From the NCBI GenBank assembly GCA_964057225.1, contig OZ059894.1, positions 13,082,001 to 13,146,000 of the forward strand: 64,000 nt of DNA, given 5' to 3'. The position numbers and the translations under genes were made by a program. This document shows positions 35,301 to 50,300 of this stretch, piece by piece (the first letter of the stretch is position 1; each line of letters begins with the position of its first letter). The notes beneath the pieces were generated by a model that had not been told where the DNA came from, did no database searches, and saw nothing but the letters and a program-made list of their open reading frames with translations. The stretch comes from Auanema rhodensis (Eukaryota > Animalia > Nematoda).

Positions 35301-38300
35301 TAATTTCGAAACAAATCATCCAGTTAATAATGTTTTTAACAGTAAAGAAGTAATAATTTCAAATATTTTGATACTCAAAAAATAAAACATGAAAATATTT
35401 TATAATTTTCCAATTCATTTTACTCTATTTTCTTCATTTAATCACGTATTTTGAAGCAATCTCAAATTTTTACAATAGTTTTGAAACAATTCATTCGTTC
35501 ATTAAGATTTTAAACAGTGAAAAAAAAAAGTTTGAATATTTTGAAACTCAAGAAATAAAACATGAAAATATTTTATAATTTTCCAATTCATTTTACTCCA
35601 TTTTCTTCATTTAATCACGTATTTTGAAACAATCTCATATTTTTACAATAGTTTTGAAACAATTCATTCGTTCATTGAAATTTGAAACATTAAAAACGAT
35701 CTTAATTTGAATTTTCTGATACTAAAAAAATAAAACATGGAAATATTTCATAATTTTCCAATTCATTTTACTCCATTTTCTTCATTTAATCACGTATTTT
35801 GAAACAATCTCATATTTTTACAATAGTTTTGAAACAATTCATTCGTTCTGTAAGATTTTAAACAGTGAAAAAAATAAGTTTAAATATTTTGATACTCAAG
35901 AAATAAAACATGAAAATATTTTATAATTTTCCAATTCATTTTACTCCATTTTCTTCATTTAATCACGTATTTTGAAACAATCTCAAATTTTTACAATAGT
36001 TTTGAAACAATTCATTCGTTCATTAAGATTTTAAACAGTGAAAAAAAAAAGTTTGAATATTTTGATACTAAAAAAATAAAACATGAAAATTTTTTATAAT
36101 TTTCCATTTCATTTTACTCCATTTTCTTCATTTAATCACGTATTTTGAAACAATCTCAAATTTTTACAATAGTTTTGAAACAATTCATTCGTTCTGTAAG
36201 ATTTTAAACAGTGAAAAAAATAAGTTTAAATATTTTGATACTCAAGAAATAAAACATGAAAATATTTTAAAATTTTCCATTTCATTTTACTCTATTTTCT
36301 TCATTTAATCACGTATTTTGAAACAATCTCATATTTTTACAATAGTTTTGAAACAATTCATTCGTTCATTAAGATTTTAAACAGTGAAAAAAAAAGTTTG
36401 AATATTTTGATACTCAAGAAATAAAACATGAAAATTTTTTATAATTTTCCAATTCATTTTACTCTATTTTCTTCATTTAATCATGTTTCTTGGAACAATT
36501 TTAAATTTTTACAATAATTTCGAAACAAATCATTCATTTAATAATGTTTTTAACAGTAAAGAAGATATAATTTTAAATATTTTGATACTCAAAAAATAAA
36601 ACATGAAAATATTTTAAAATTTTCCAATTCATTTTACTCTATTTTCTTCATTTAATCATGTTTCTTGGAACAATTTTAAATTTTACAATAATTTCAAAAC
36701 AAATCATCCAGTTAATAATGTTTTTAACAGTGAAGTAGATATAATTTTAATTATTTTGATACTCAAAAAATAAAACATGAAAATATTTTATAATTTTCCA
36801 ATTCATTTTACTCTATTTTCTTCATTTAATCATGTTTCTTGGAACAATTTTAAATTTTTACAATAATTTCGAAACAAATCATCCAGTTAATAATGTTTTT
36901 AACAGTAAAGAAGTTATAATTTCAAATATTTTGATACTCAAAAAATAAAACATGAAAATATTTTATAATTTTCCAATTCATTTTACTCTATTTTCTTCAT
37001 TTAATCACGTATTTTGAAACAATCTCAAATTTTTACAATAGTTTTGAAACAATTCATTCGTTCATTAAGATTTTAAACAGTGAAAAAAAAAAGTTTGAAT
37101 ATTTTGAAACTCAAGAAATAAAACATGAAAATATTTTATAATTTTCCAATTCATTTTACTCCATTTTCTTCATTTAATCACGTATTTTGAAACAATCTCA
37201 TATTTTTACAATAGTTTTGAAACAATTCATTCGTTCATTGAGATTTGAAACATTAAAAACGATCTTAATTTGAATTTTCTGATACTAAAAAAATAAAACA
37301 CGAAAATATTTTATAATTTTCCATTTCATTTTACTCCATTTTCTTCATTTAATCACGTATTTTGAAACAATCTCAAATTTTTACAATAGTTTTGAAACAA
37401 TTCATTCGTTCTGTAAGATTTTAAACAGTGAAAAAAATAAGTTTAAATATTTTGATACTCAAGAAATAAAACATGAAAATATTTTAAAATTTTCCATTTC
37501 ATTTTACTCTATTTTCTTCATTTAATCACGTATTTTGAAACAATCTCATATTTTTACAATAGTTTTGAAACAATTCATTCGTTCATTAAGATTTTAAACA
37601 GTGAAAAAAAAAGTTTGAATATTTTGATACTCAAGAAATAAAACATGAAAATTTTTTATAATTTTCCAATTCATTTTACTCTATTTTCTTCATTTAATCA
37701 TGTTTCTTGGAACAATCTTAAATTTTTACAATAATTTCGAAACAAATCATTCATTTAATAATGTTTTTAACAGTAAAGAAGATATAATTTTAAATATTTT
37801 GATACTCAAAAAATAAAACATGAAAATATTTTAAAATTTTCCAATTCATTTTACTCTATTTTCTTCATTTAATCATGTTTCTTGGAACAATTTTAAATTT
37901 TGCAATAATTTCAAAACAAATCATCCAGTTAATAATGTTTTTAACAGTGAAGTAGATATAATTTTAATTATTTTGATACTCAAAAAATAAAACATGAAAA
38001 TATTTTATAATTTTCCAATTCATTTTACTCTATTTTCTTCATTTAATCATGTTTCTTGGAACAATTTTAAATTTTTACAATAATTTCGAAACAAATCATC
38101 CAGTTAATAATGTTTTTAACAGTAAAGAAGTTATAATTTCAAATATTTTGATACTCAAAAAATAAAACATGAAAATATTTTATAATTTTCCAATTCATTT
38201 TACTCTATTTTCTTCATTTAATCACGTATTTTGAAACAATCTCAAATTTTTACAATAGTTTTGAAACAATTCATTCGTTCATTAAGATTTTAAACAGTGA

Positions 38301-41300
38301 AAAAAAAAAGTTTGAATATTTTGAAACTCAAGAAATAAAACATGAAAATATTTTATAATTTTCCAATTCATTTTACTCCATTTTCTTCATTTAATCACGT
38401 ATTTTGAAACAATCTCATATTTTTACAATAGTTTTGAAACAATTCATTCGTTCATTGAGATTTGAAACATTAAAAACGATCTTAATTTGAATTTTCTGAT
38501 ACTAAAAAAATAAAACACGAAAATATTTTATAATTTTCCAATTCATTTTACTCCATTTTCTTCATTTAATCACGTATTTTGGAACAATCTCAAATTTTTA
38601 CAATAGTTTTGAAACAATTCATTCGTTCATTAAGATTTTAAACAGTGAAAAAAAAAAGTTTGAATATTTTGAAACTCAAGAAATAAAACATGAAAATATT
38701 TTATAATTTTCCAATTTATTTTACTCCATTTTCTTCATTTAATCACGTATTTTGAAACAATCTCATATTTTTACAATAGTTTTGAAACAATTCATTCGTT
38801 CTGTAAGATTTTAAACAGTGAAAAAAATAAGTTTAAATATTTTGATACTCAAGAAATAAAACACGAAAATATTTTATAATTTTCCAATTCATTTTACTCC
38901 ATTTTCTTCATTTTATCACGTATTTTGAAACAATCTCATATTTTTACAATAGTTTTGAAACAATTCATTCGTTCTGTAAGATTTTAAACAGTAAAAAAAA
39001 TAAGTTTAAATATTTTGATACTCAAGAAATAAAACACGAAAATATTTTAAAATTTTCCAATTCATTTTACTCCATTTTCTTCATTTAATCACGTATTTTG
39101 AAACAATCTCAATTTTTTACAATAGTTTTGAAACAATTCATTCGTTCATTAAGATTTTAAACAGTGAAAAAAAAAAGTTTGAACATTTTGATACTAAAAA
39201 AATAAAACATGAAAATATTTTAAAATTTTCCAATTCATTTTACTCTATTTTCTTCATTTAATCACGTATTTTGAAACAATCTCAAATTTTTACAATAGTT
39301 TTGAAACAATTCATTCGTTCATTGAGATTTTAAACAGTGAAAAAAAAAGTTTGAATATTTTGATACTCAAGAAATAAAACATGAAAATTTTTTATAATTT
39401 TCCAATTCATTTTACTCTATTTTCTTCATTTAATCATGTTTCTTGGAACAATTTTAAATTTTTACAATAATTTCGAAACAAATCATTCATTTAATAATGT
39501 TTTTAACAGTAAAGTAGATATAATTTTAATTATTTTGATACTCAAAAAATAAAACATGAAAATATTTTATAATTTTCCAATTCATTTTACTCTATTTTCT
39601 TCATTTAATCATGTTTCTTGGAACAATTTTAAATTTTTACAATAATTTCGAAACAAATCATCCAGTTAATAATGTTTTTAACAGTAAAGAAGTTATAATT
39701 TCAAATATTTTGATACTCAAAAAATAAAACATGAAAATATTTTATAATTTTCCAATTCATTTTACTCTATTTTCTTCATTTAATCACGTATTTTGAAGCA
39801 ATCTCAAATTTTTACAATAGTTTTGAAACAATTCATTCGTTCATTAAGATTTTAAACAGTGAAAAAAAAAAGTTTGAATATTTTGAAACTCAAGAAATAA
39901 AACATGAAAATATTTTATAATTTTCCAATTCATTTTACTCCATTTTCTTCATTTAATCACGTATTTTGAAACAATCTCATATTTTTACAATAGTTTTGAA
40001 ACAATTCATTCGTTCATTGAAATTTGAAACATTAAAAACGATCTTAATTTGAATTTTCTGATACTAAAAAAATAAAACATGGAAATATTTCATAATTTTC
40101 CAATTCATTTTACTCCATTTTCTTCATTTAATCACGTATTTTGGAACAATCTCATATTTTTACAATAGTTTTGAAACAATTCATTCGTTCTGTAAGATTT
40201 TAAACAGTGAAAAAAATAAGTTTAAATATTTTGATACTCAAGAAATAAAACATGAAAATATTTTATAATTTTCCAATTCATTTTACTCCATTTTCTTCAT
40301 TTAATCACGTATTTTGAAACAATCTCAAATTTTTACAATAGTTTTAAAACAATTCATTCGTTCATTAAGATTTTAAACAGTGAAAAAAAAAAGTTTGAAT
40401 ATTTTGATACTAAAAAAATAAAACATGAAAATTTTTTATAATTTTCCATTTCATTTTACTCCATTTTCTTCATTTAATCACGTATTTTGAAACAATCTCA
40501 AATTTTTACAATAGTTTTGAAACAATTCATTCGTTCTGTAAGATTTTAAACAGTGAAAAAAATAAGTTTAAATATTTTGATACTCAAGAAATAAAACACG
40601 AAAATATTTTATAATTTTCCAATTCATTTTACTCCATTTTCTTCATTTAATCACGTATTTTGAAACAATCTCAATTTTTTACAATAGTTTTGAAACAATT
40701 CATTCGTTCATTAAGATTTTAAACAGTGAAAAAAAAAAGTTTGAATATTTTGATACTAAAAAAATAAAACATGAAAATATTTTAAAATTTTCCAATTCAT
40801 TTTACTCTATTTTCTTCATTTAATCACGTATTTTGAAACAATCTCAAATTTTTACAATAGTTTTGAAACAATTCATTCGTTCATTGAGATTTTAAACAGT
40901 GAAAAAAAAAGTTTGAATATTTTGATACTCAAGAAAAAAAACATGAAAATTTTTTATAATTTTCCAATTCATTTTACTCTATTTTCTTCATTTAATCATG
41001 TTTCTTGGAACAATTTTAAATTTTTACAATAATTTCGAAACAAATCATTCATTTAATAATGTTTTTAACAGTAAAGTAGATATAATTTTAATTATTTTGA
41101 TACTCAAAAAATAAAACATGAAAATATTTTATAATTTTCCAATTCATTTTACTCTATTTTCTTCATTTAATCATGTTTCTTGGAACAATTTTAAATTTTT
41201 ACAATAATTTCGAAACAAATCATCCAGTTAATAATGTTTTTAACAGTAAAGAAGTTATAATTTCAAATATTTTGATACTCAAAAAATAAAACATGAAAAT

Positions 41301-44300
41301 ATTTTATAATTTTCCAATTCATTTTACTCTATTTTCTTCATTTAATCACGTATTTTGAAGCAATCTCAAATTTTTACAATAGTTTTGAAACAATTCATTC
41401 GTTCATTAAGATTTTAAACAGTGAAAAAAAAAAGTTTGAATATTTTGAAACTCAAGAAATAAAACATGAAAATATTTTATAATTTTCCAATTCATTTTAC
41501 TCCATTTTCTTCATTTAATCACGTATTTTGAAACAATCTCATATTTTTACAATAGTTTTGAAACAATTCATTCGTTCATTGAAATTTGAAACATTAAAAA
41601 CGATCTTAATTTGAATTTTCTGATACTAAAAAAATAAAACATGGAAATATTTCATAATTTTCCAATTCATTTTACTCCATTTTCTTCATTTAATCACGTA
41701 TTTTGGAACAATCTCATATTTTTACAATAGTTTTGAAACAATTCATTCGTTCTGTAAGATTTTAAACAGTGAAAAAAATAAGTTTAAATATTTTGATACT
41801 CAAGAAATAAAACATGAAAATATTTTATAATTTTCCAATTCATTTTACTCCATTTTCTTCATTTAATCACGTATTTTGAAACAATCTCAAATTTTTACAA
41901 TAGTTTTAAAACAATTCATTCGTTCATTAAGATTTTAAACAGTGAAAAAAAAAAGTTTGAATATTTTGATACTAAAAAAATAAAACATGAAAATTTTTTA
42001 TAATTTTCCATTTCATTTTACTCCATTTTCTTCATTTAATCACGTATTTTGAAACAATCTCAAATTTTTACAATAGTTTTGAAACAATTCATTCGTTCTG
42101 TAAGATTTTAAACAGTGAAAAAAATAAGTTTAAATATTTTGATACTCAAGAAATAAAACACGAAAATATTTTATAATTTTCCAATTCATTTTACTCCATT
42201 TTCTTCATTTAATCACGTATTTTGAAACAATCTCAATTTTTTACAATAGTTTTGAAACAATTCATTCGTTCATTAAGATTTTAAACAGTGAAAAAAAAAA
42301 GTTTGAATATTTTGATACTAAAAAAATAAAACATGAAAATATTTTAAAATTTTCCAATTCATTTTACTCTATTTTCTTCATTTAATCACGTATTTTGAAA
42401 CAATCTCAAATTTTTACAATAGTTTTGAAACAATTCATTCGTTCATTGAGATTTTAAACAGTGAAAAAAAAAGTTTGAATATTTTGATACTCAAGAAATA
42501 AAACATGAAAATTTTTTATAATTTTCCAATTCATTTTACTCTATTTTCTTCATTTAATCATGTTTCTTGGAACAATTTTAAATTTTTACAATAATTTCGA
42601 AACAAATCATTCATTTAATAATGTTTTTAACAGTAAAGTAGATATAATTTTAATTATTTTGATACTCAAAAAATAAAACATGAAAATATTTTATAATTTT
42701 CCAATTCATTTTACTCTATTTTCTTCATTTAATCATGTTTCTTGGAACAATTTTAAATTTTTACAATAATTTCGAAACAAATCATCCAGTTAATAATGTT
42801 TTTAACAGTAAAGAAGTTATAATTTCAAATATTTTGATACTCAAAAAATAAAACATGAAAATATTTTATAATTTTCCAATTCATTTTACTCTATTTTCTT
42901 CATTTAATCACGTATTTTGAAGCAATCTCAAATTTTTACAATAGTTTTGAAACAATTCATTCGTTCATTAAGATTTTAAACAGTGAAAAAAAAAAGTTTG
43001 AATATTTTGAAACTCAAGAAATAAAACATGAAAATATTTTATAATTTTCCAATTCATTTTACTCCATTTTCTTCATTTAATCACGTATTTTGAAACAATC
43101 TCATATTTTTACAATAGTTTTGAAACAATTCATTCGTTCATTGAAATTTGAAACATTAAAAACGATCTTAATTTGAATTTTCTGATACTAAAAAAATAAA
43201 ACATGAAAATATTTTATAATTTTCCAATTCATTTTACTCTATTTTCTTCATTTAATCACGTATTTTGAAGCAATCTCAAATTTTTACAATAGTTTTGAAA
43301 CAATTCATTCGTTCATTAAGATTTTAAACAGTGAAAAAAAAAAGTTTGAATATTTTGAAACTCAAGAAATAAAACATGAAAATATTTTATAATTTTCCAA
43401 TTCATTTTACTCTATTTTCTTCATTTAATCACGTATTTTGAAGCAATCTCAAATTTTTACAATAGTTTTGAAACAATTCATTCGTTCATTAAGATTTTAA
43501 ACAGTGAAAAAAAAAAGTTTGAATATTTTGAAACTCAAGAAATAAAACATGAAAATATTTTATAATTTTCCAATTCATTTTACTCCATTTTCTTCATTTA
43601 ATCACGTATTTTGAAACAATCTCATATTTTTACAATAGTTTTGAAACAATTCATTCGTTCATTGAAATTTGAAACATTAAAAACGATCTTAATTTGAATT
43701 TTCTGATACTAAAAAAATAAAACATGGAAATATTTCATAATTTTCCAATTCATTTTACTCCATTTTCTTCATTTAATCACGTATTTTGGAACAATCTCAT
43801 ATTTTTACAATAGTTTTGAAACAATTCATTCGTTCTGTAAGATTTTAAACAGTGAAAAAAATAAGTTTAAATATTTTGATACTCAAGAAATAAAACATGA
43901 AAATATTTTATAATTTTCCAATTCATTTTACTCCATTTTCTTCATTTAATCACGTATTTTGAAACAATCTCAAATTTTTACAATAGTTTTGAAACAATTC
44001 ATTCGTTCATTAAGATTTTAAACAGTGAAAAAAAAAAGTTTGAATATTTTGATACTCAAAAAATAAAACATGAAAATATTTTATAATTTTCCAATTCATT
44101 TTACTCTATTTTCTTCATTTAATCACGTATTTTGAAACAATCTCAATTTTTACAATAGTTTTGAAACAATTCATTCGTTCATTAAGATTTTAAACAGTGA
44201 AAAAAAAAAGTTTGAATATTTTGATACTAAAAAAATAAAACATGAAAATATTTTAAAATTTTCCAATTCATTTTACTCTATTTTCTTCATTTAATCACGT

Positions 44301-47300
44301 ATTTTGAAACAATCTCAAATTTTTACAATAGTTTTGAAACAATTCATTCGTTCATTGAGATTTTAAACAGTGAAAAAAAAAGTTTGAATATTTTGATACT
44401 CAAGAAATAAAACATGAAAATTTTTTATAATTTTCCAATTCATTTTACTCTATTTTCTTCATTTAATCATGTTTCTTGGAACAATTTTAAATTTTTACAA
44501 TAATTTCGAAACAAATCATTCATTTAATAATGTTTTTAACAGTAAAGAAGATATAATTTTAAATATTTTGATACTCAAAAAATAAAACATGAAAATATTT
44601 TATAATTTTCCAATTCATTTTACTCTATTTTCTTCATTTAATCACGTATTTTGAAACAATCTCAATTTTTTACAATAGTTTTGAAACAATTCATTCGTTC
44701 ATTAAGATTTTAAACAGTGAAAAAAAAAAGTTTGAATATTTTGATACTCAAAAAATAAAACATGAAAATATTTTATAATTTTCCAATTCATTTTACTCTA
44801 TTTTCTTCATTTAATCATGTTTCTTGGAACAATTTTAAATTTTTACAATAATTTCGAAACAAATCATCCAGTTAATAATGTTTTTAACAGTAAAGAAGTA
44901 ATAATTTCAAATATTTTGATACTCAAAAAATAAAACATGAAAATATTTTATAATTTTCCAATTCATTTTACTCTATTTTCTTCATTTAATCACGTATTTT
45001 GAAGCAATCTCAAATTTTTACAATAGTTTTGAAACAATTCATTCGTTCATTAAGATTTTAAACAGTGAAAAAAAAAAGTTTGAATATTTTGAAACTCAAG
45101 AAATAAAACATGAAAATATTTTATAATTTTCCAATTCATTTTACTCCATTTTCTTCATTTAATCACGTATTTTGAAACAATCTCATATTTTTACAATAGT
45201 TTTGAAACAATTCATTCGTTCATTGAAATTTGAAACATTAAAAACGATCTTAATTTGAATTTTCTGATACTAAAAAAATAAAACATGGAAATATTTCATA
45301 ATTTTCCAATTCATTTTACTCCATTTTCTTCATTTAATCACGTATTTTGAAACAATCTCATATTTTTACAATAGTTTTGAAACAATTCATTCGTTCTGTA
45401 AGATTTTAAACAGTGAAAAAAATAAGTTCAAATATTTTGATACTCAAGAAATAAAACATGAAAATATTTTATAATTTTCCAATTCATTTTACTCCATTTT
45501 CTTCATTTAATCACGTATTTTGAAACAATCTCAAATTTTTACAATAGTTTTGAAACAATTCATTCGTTCATTAAGATTTTAAACAGTGAAAAAAAAAAGT
45601 TTGAATATTTTGATACTAAAAAAATAAAACATGAAAATTTTTTATAATTTTCCATTTCATTTTACTCTATTTTCTTCATTTAATCATGTTTCTTGGAACA
45701 ATTTTAAATTTTTACAATAATTTCGAAACAAATCATCCAGTTAATAATGTTTTTAACAGTAAAGAAGTTATAATTTCAAATATTTTGATACTCAAAAAAT
45801 AAAACATGAAAATATTTTATAATTTTCCAATTCATTTTACTCTATTTTCTTCATTTAATCATGTTTCTTGGAACAATTTTAAATTTTTACAATAATTTCG
45901 AAACAAATCATCCAGTTAATAATGTTTTTAACAGTAAAGAAGTTATAATTTCAAATATTTTGATACTCAAAAAATAAAACATGAAAATATTTTATAATTT
46001 TCCAATTCATTTTACTCTATTTTCTTCATTTAATCACGTATTTTGAAACAATCTCAAATTTTTACAATAGTTTTGAAACAATTCATTCGTTCATTAAGAT
46101 TTTAAACAGTGAAAAAAAAAAGTTTGAATATTTTGAAACTCAAGAAATAAAACATGAAAATATTTTATAATTTTCCAATTCATTTTACTCCATTTTCTTC
46201 ATTTAATCACGTATTTTGAAACAATCTCATATTTTTACAATAGTTTTGAAACAATTCATTCGTTCTGTAAGATTTTAAACAGTGAAAAAAAAAAGTTTGA
46301 ATATTTTGAAACTCAAGAAATAAAACATGAAAATATTTTATAATTTTCCAATTCATTTTACTCCATTTTCTTCATTTAATCACGTATTTTGAAACAATCT
46401 CATATTTTTACAATAGTTTTGAAACAATTCATTCGTTCATTGAGATTTGAAACATTAAAAACGATCTTAATTTGAATTTTCTGATACTAAAAAAATAAAA
46501 CACGAAAATATTTTATAATTTTCCATTTCATTTTACTCCATTTTCCTCATTTAATCACGTATTTTGAAACAATCTCAAATTTTTACAATAGTTTTGAAAC
46601 AATTCATTCGTTCTGTAAGATTTTAAACAGTGAAAAAAATAAGTTTAAATATTTTGATACTCAAGAAATAAAACATGAAAATATTTTAAAATTTTCCATT
46701 TCATTTTACTCTATTTTCTTCATTTAATCACGTATTTTGAAACAATCTCATATTTTTACAATAGTTTTGAAACAATTCATTCGTTCATTAAGATTTTAAA
46801 CAGTGAAAAAAAAAGTTTGAATATTTTGATACTCAAGAAATAAAACATGAAAATTTTTTATAATTTTCCAATTCATTTTACTCTATTTTCTTCATTTAAT
46901 CATGTTTCTTGGAACAATTTTAAATTTTTACAATAATTTCGAAACAAATCATTCATTTAATAATGTTTTTAACAGTAAAGAAGATATAATTTTAAATATT
47001 TTGATACTCAAAAAATAAAACATGAAAATATTTTATAATTTTCCAATTCATTTTACTCTATTTTCTTCATTTAATCATGTTTCTTGGAACCATTTTAAAT
47101 TTTTACAATAATTTCGAAACAAATCATCCAGTTAATAATGTTTTTAACAGTAAAGAAGTTATAATTTCAAATATTTTGATACTCAAAAAATAAAACATGA
47201 AAATATTTTATAATTTTCCAATTCATTTTACTCTATTTTCTTCATTTAATCACGTATTTTGAAACAATCTCAAATTTTTACAATAGTTTTGAAACAATTC

Positions 47301-50300
47301 ATTCGTTCATTAAGATTTTAAACAGTGAAAAAAAAAAGTTTGAATATTTTGAAACTCAAGAAATAAAACATGAAAATATTTTATAATTTTCCAATTCATT
47401 TTACTCCATTTTCTTCATTTAATCACGTATTTTGTAACAATCTCATATTTTTACAATAGTTTTGAAACAATTCATTCGTTCATTGAGATTTGAAACATTA
47501 AAAACGATCTTAATTTGAATTTTCTGATACTAAAAAAATAAAACACGAAAATATTTTATAATTTTCCAATTCATTTTACTCCATTTTCTTCATTTAATCA
47601 CGTATTTTGGAACAATCTCAAATTTTTACAATAGTTTTGAAACAATTCATTCGTTCATTAAGATTTTAAACAGTGAAAAAAAAAAGTTTGAATATTTTGA
47701 AACTCAAGAAATAAAACATGAAATATTTTATAATTTTCCAATTCATTTTACTCCATTTTCTTCATTTAATCACGTATTTTGAAACAATCTCATATTTTTA
47801 CAATAGTTTTGAAACAATTCATTTGTTCTGTAAGATTTTAAACAGTGAAAAAAATAAGTTTAAATATTTTGATACTCAAGAAATAAAACACGAAAATATT
47901 TTATAATTTTCCAATTCATTTTACTCCATTTTCTTCATTTAATCACGTATTTTGAAACAATCTCATATTTTTACAATAGTTTTGAAACAATTCATTCGTT
48001 CTGTAAGATTTTAAACAGTGAAAAAAATAAGTTTAAATATTTTGATACTCAAGAAATAAAACACGAAAATATTTTATAATTTTCCAATTCATTTTACTCC
48101 ATTTTCTTCATTTAATCACGTATTTTGAAACAATCTCAATTTTTTACAATAGTTTTGAAACAATTCATTCGTTCATTAAGATTTTAAACAGTGAAAAAAA
48201 AAAGTTTGAATATTTTGATACTAAAAAAATAAAACATGAAAATATTTTAAAATTTTCCAATTCATTTTACTCTATTTTCTTCATTTAATCACGTATTTTG
48301 AAACAATCTCAAATTTTTACAATAGTTTTGAAACAATTCATTCGTTCATTGAGATTTTAAACAGTGAAAAAAAAAGTTTGAATATTTTGATACTCAAGAA
48401 ATAAAACATGAAAATTTTTTATAATTTTCCAATTCATTTTACTCTATTTTCTTCATTTAATCATGTTTCTTGGAACAATTTTAAATTTTTACAATAATTT
48501 CGAAACAAATCATTCATTTAATAATGTTTTTAACAGTAAAGTAGATATAATTTTAATTATTTTGATACTCAAAAAATAAAACATGAAAATATTTTATAAT
48601 TTTCCAATTCATTTTACTCTATTTTCTTCATTTAATCATGTTTCTTGGAACAATTTTAAATTTTTACAATAATTTCGAAACAAATCATCCAGTTAATAAT
48701 GTTTTTAACAGTAAAGAAGTTATAATTTCAAATATTTTGATACTCAAAAAATAAAACATGAAAATATTTTATAATTTTCCAATTCATTTTACTCTATTTT
48801 CTTCATTTAATCACGTATTTTGAAGCAATCTCAAATTTTTACAATAGTTTTGAAACAATTCATTCGTTCATTAAGATTTTAAACAGTGAAAAAAAAAAGT
48901 TTGAATATTTTGAAACTCAAGAAATAAAACATGAAAATATTTTATAATTTTCCAATTCATTTTACTCCATTTTCTTCATTTAATCACGTATTTTGAAACA
49001 ATCTCATATTTTTACAATAGTTTTGAAACAATTCATTCGTTCATTGAAATTTGAAACATTAAAAACGATCTTAATTTGAATTTTCTGATACTAAAAAAAT
49101 AAAACATGGAAATATTTCATAATTTTCCAATTCATTTTACTCCATTTTCTTCATTTAATCACGTATTTTGGAACAATCTCATATTTTTACAATAGTTTTG
49201 AAACAATTCATTCGTTCTGTAAGATTTTAAACAGTGAAAAAAATAAGTTTAAATATTTTGATACTCAAGAAATAAAACATGAAAATATTTTATAATTTTC
49301 CAATTCATTTTACTCCATTTTCTTCATTTAATCACGTATTTTGAAACAATCTCATATTTTTACAATAGTTTTGAAACAATTCATTCGTTCATTGAAATTT
49401 GAAACATTAAAAACGATCTTAATTTGAATTTTCTGATACTAAAAAAATAAAACATGGAAATATTTCATAATTTTCCAATTCATTTTACTCCATTTTCTTC
49501 ATTTAATCACGTATTTTGGAACAATCTCATATTTTTACAATAGTTTTGAAACAATTCATTCGTTCTGTAAGATTTTAAACAGTGAAAAAAATAAGTTTAA
49601 ATATTTTGATACTCAAGAAATAAAACATGAAAATATTTTATAATTTTCCAATTCATTTTACTCCATTTTCTTCATTTATTCACGTATTTTGAAACAATCT
49701 CAAATTTTTACAATAGTTTTAAAACAATTCATTCGTTCATTAAGATTTTAAACAGTGAAAAAAAAAAGTTTGAATATTTTGATACTAAAAAAATAAAACA
49801 TGAAAATTTTTTATAATTTTCCATTTCATTTTACTCCATTTTCTTCATTTAATCACGTATTTTGAAACAATCTCAAATTTTTACAATAGTTTTGAAACAA
49901 TTCATTCGTTCTGTAAGATTTTAAACAGTGAAAAAAATAAGTTTAAATATTTTGATACTCAAGAAATAAAACACGAAAATATTTTATAATTTTCCAATTC
50001 ATTTTACTCCATTTTCTTCATTTAATCACGTATTTTGAAACAATCTCAATTTTTTACAATAGTTTTGAAACAATTCATTCGTTCATTAAGATTTTAAACA
50101 GTGAAAAAAAAAAGTTTGAATATTTTGATACTAAAAAAATAAAACATGAAAATATTTTAAAATTTTCCAATTCATTTTACTCTATTTTCTTCATTTAATC
50201 ACGTATTTTGAAACAATCTCAAATTTTTACAATAGTTTTGAAACAATTCATTCGTTCATTGAGATTTTAAACAGTGAAAAAAAAAGTTTGAATATTTTGA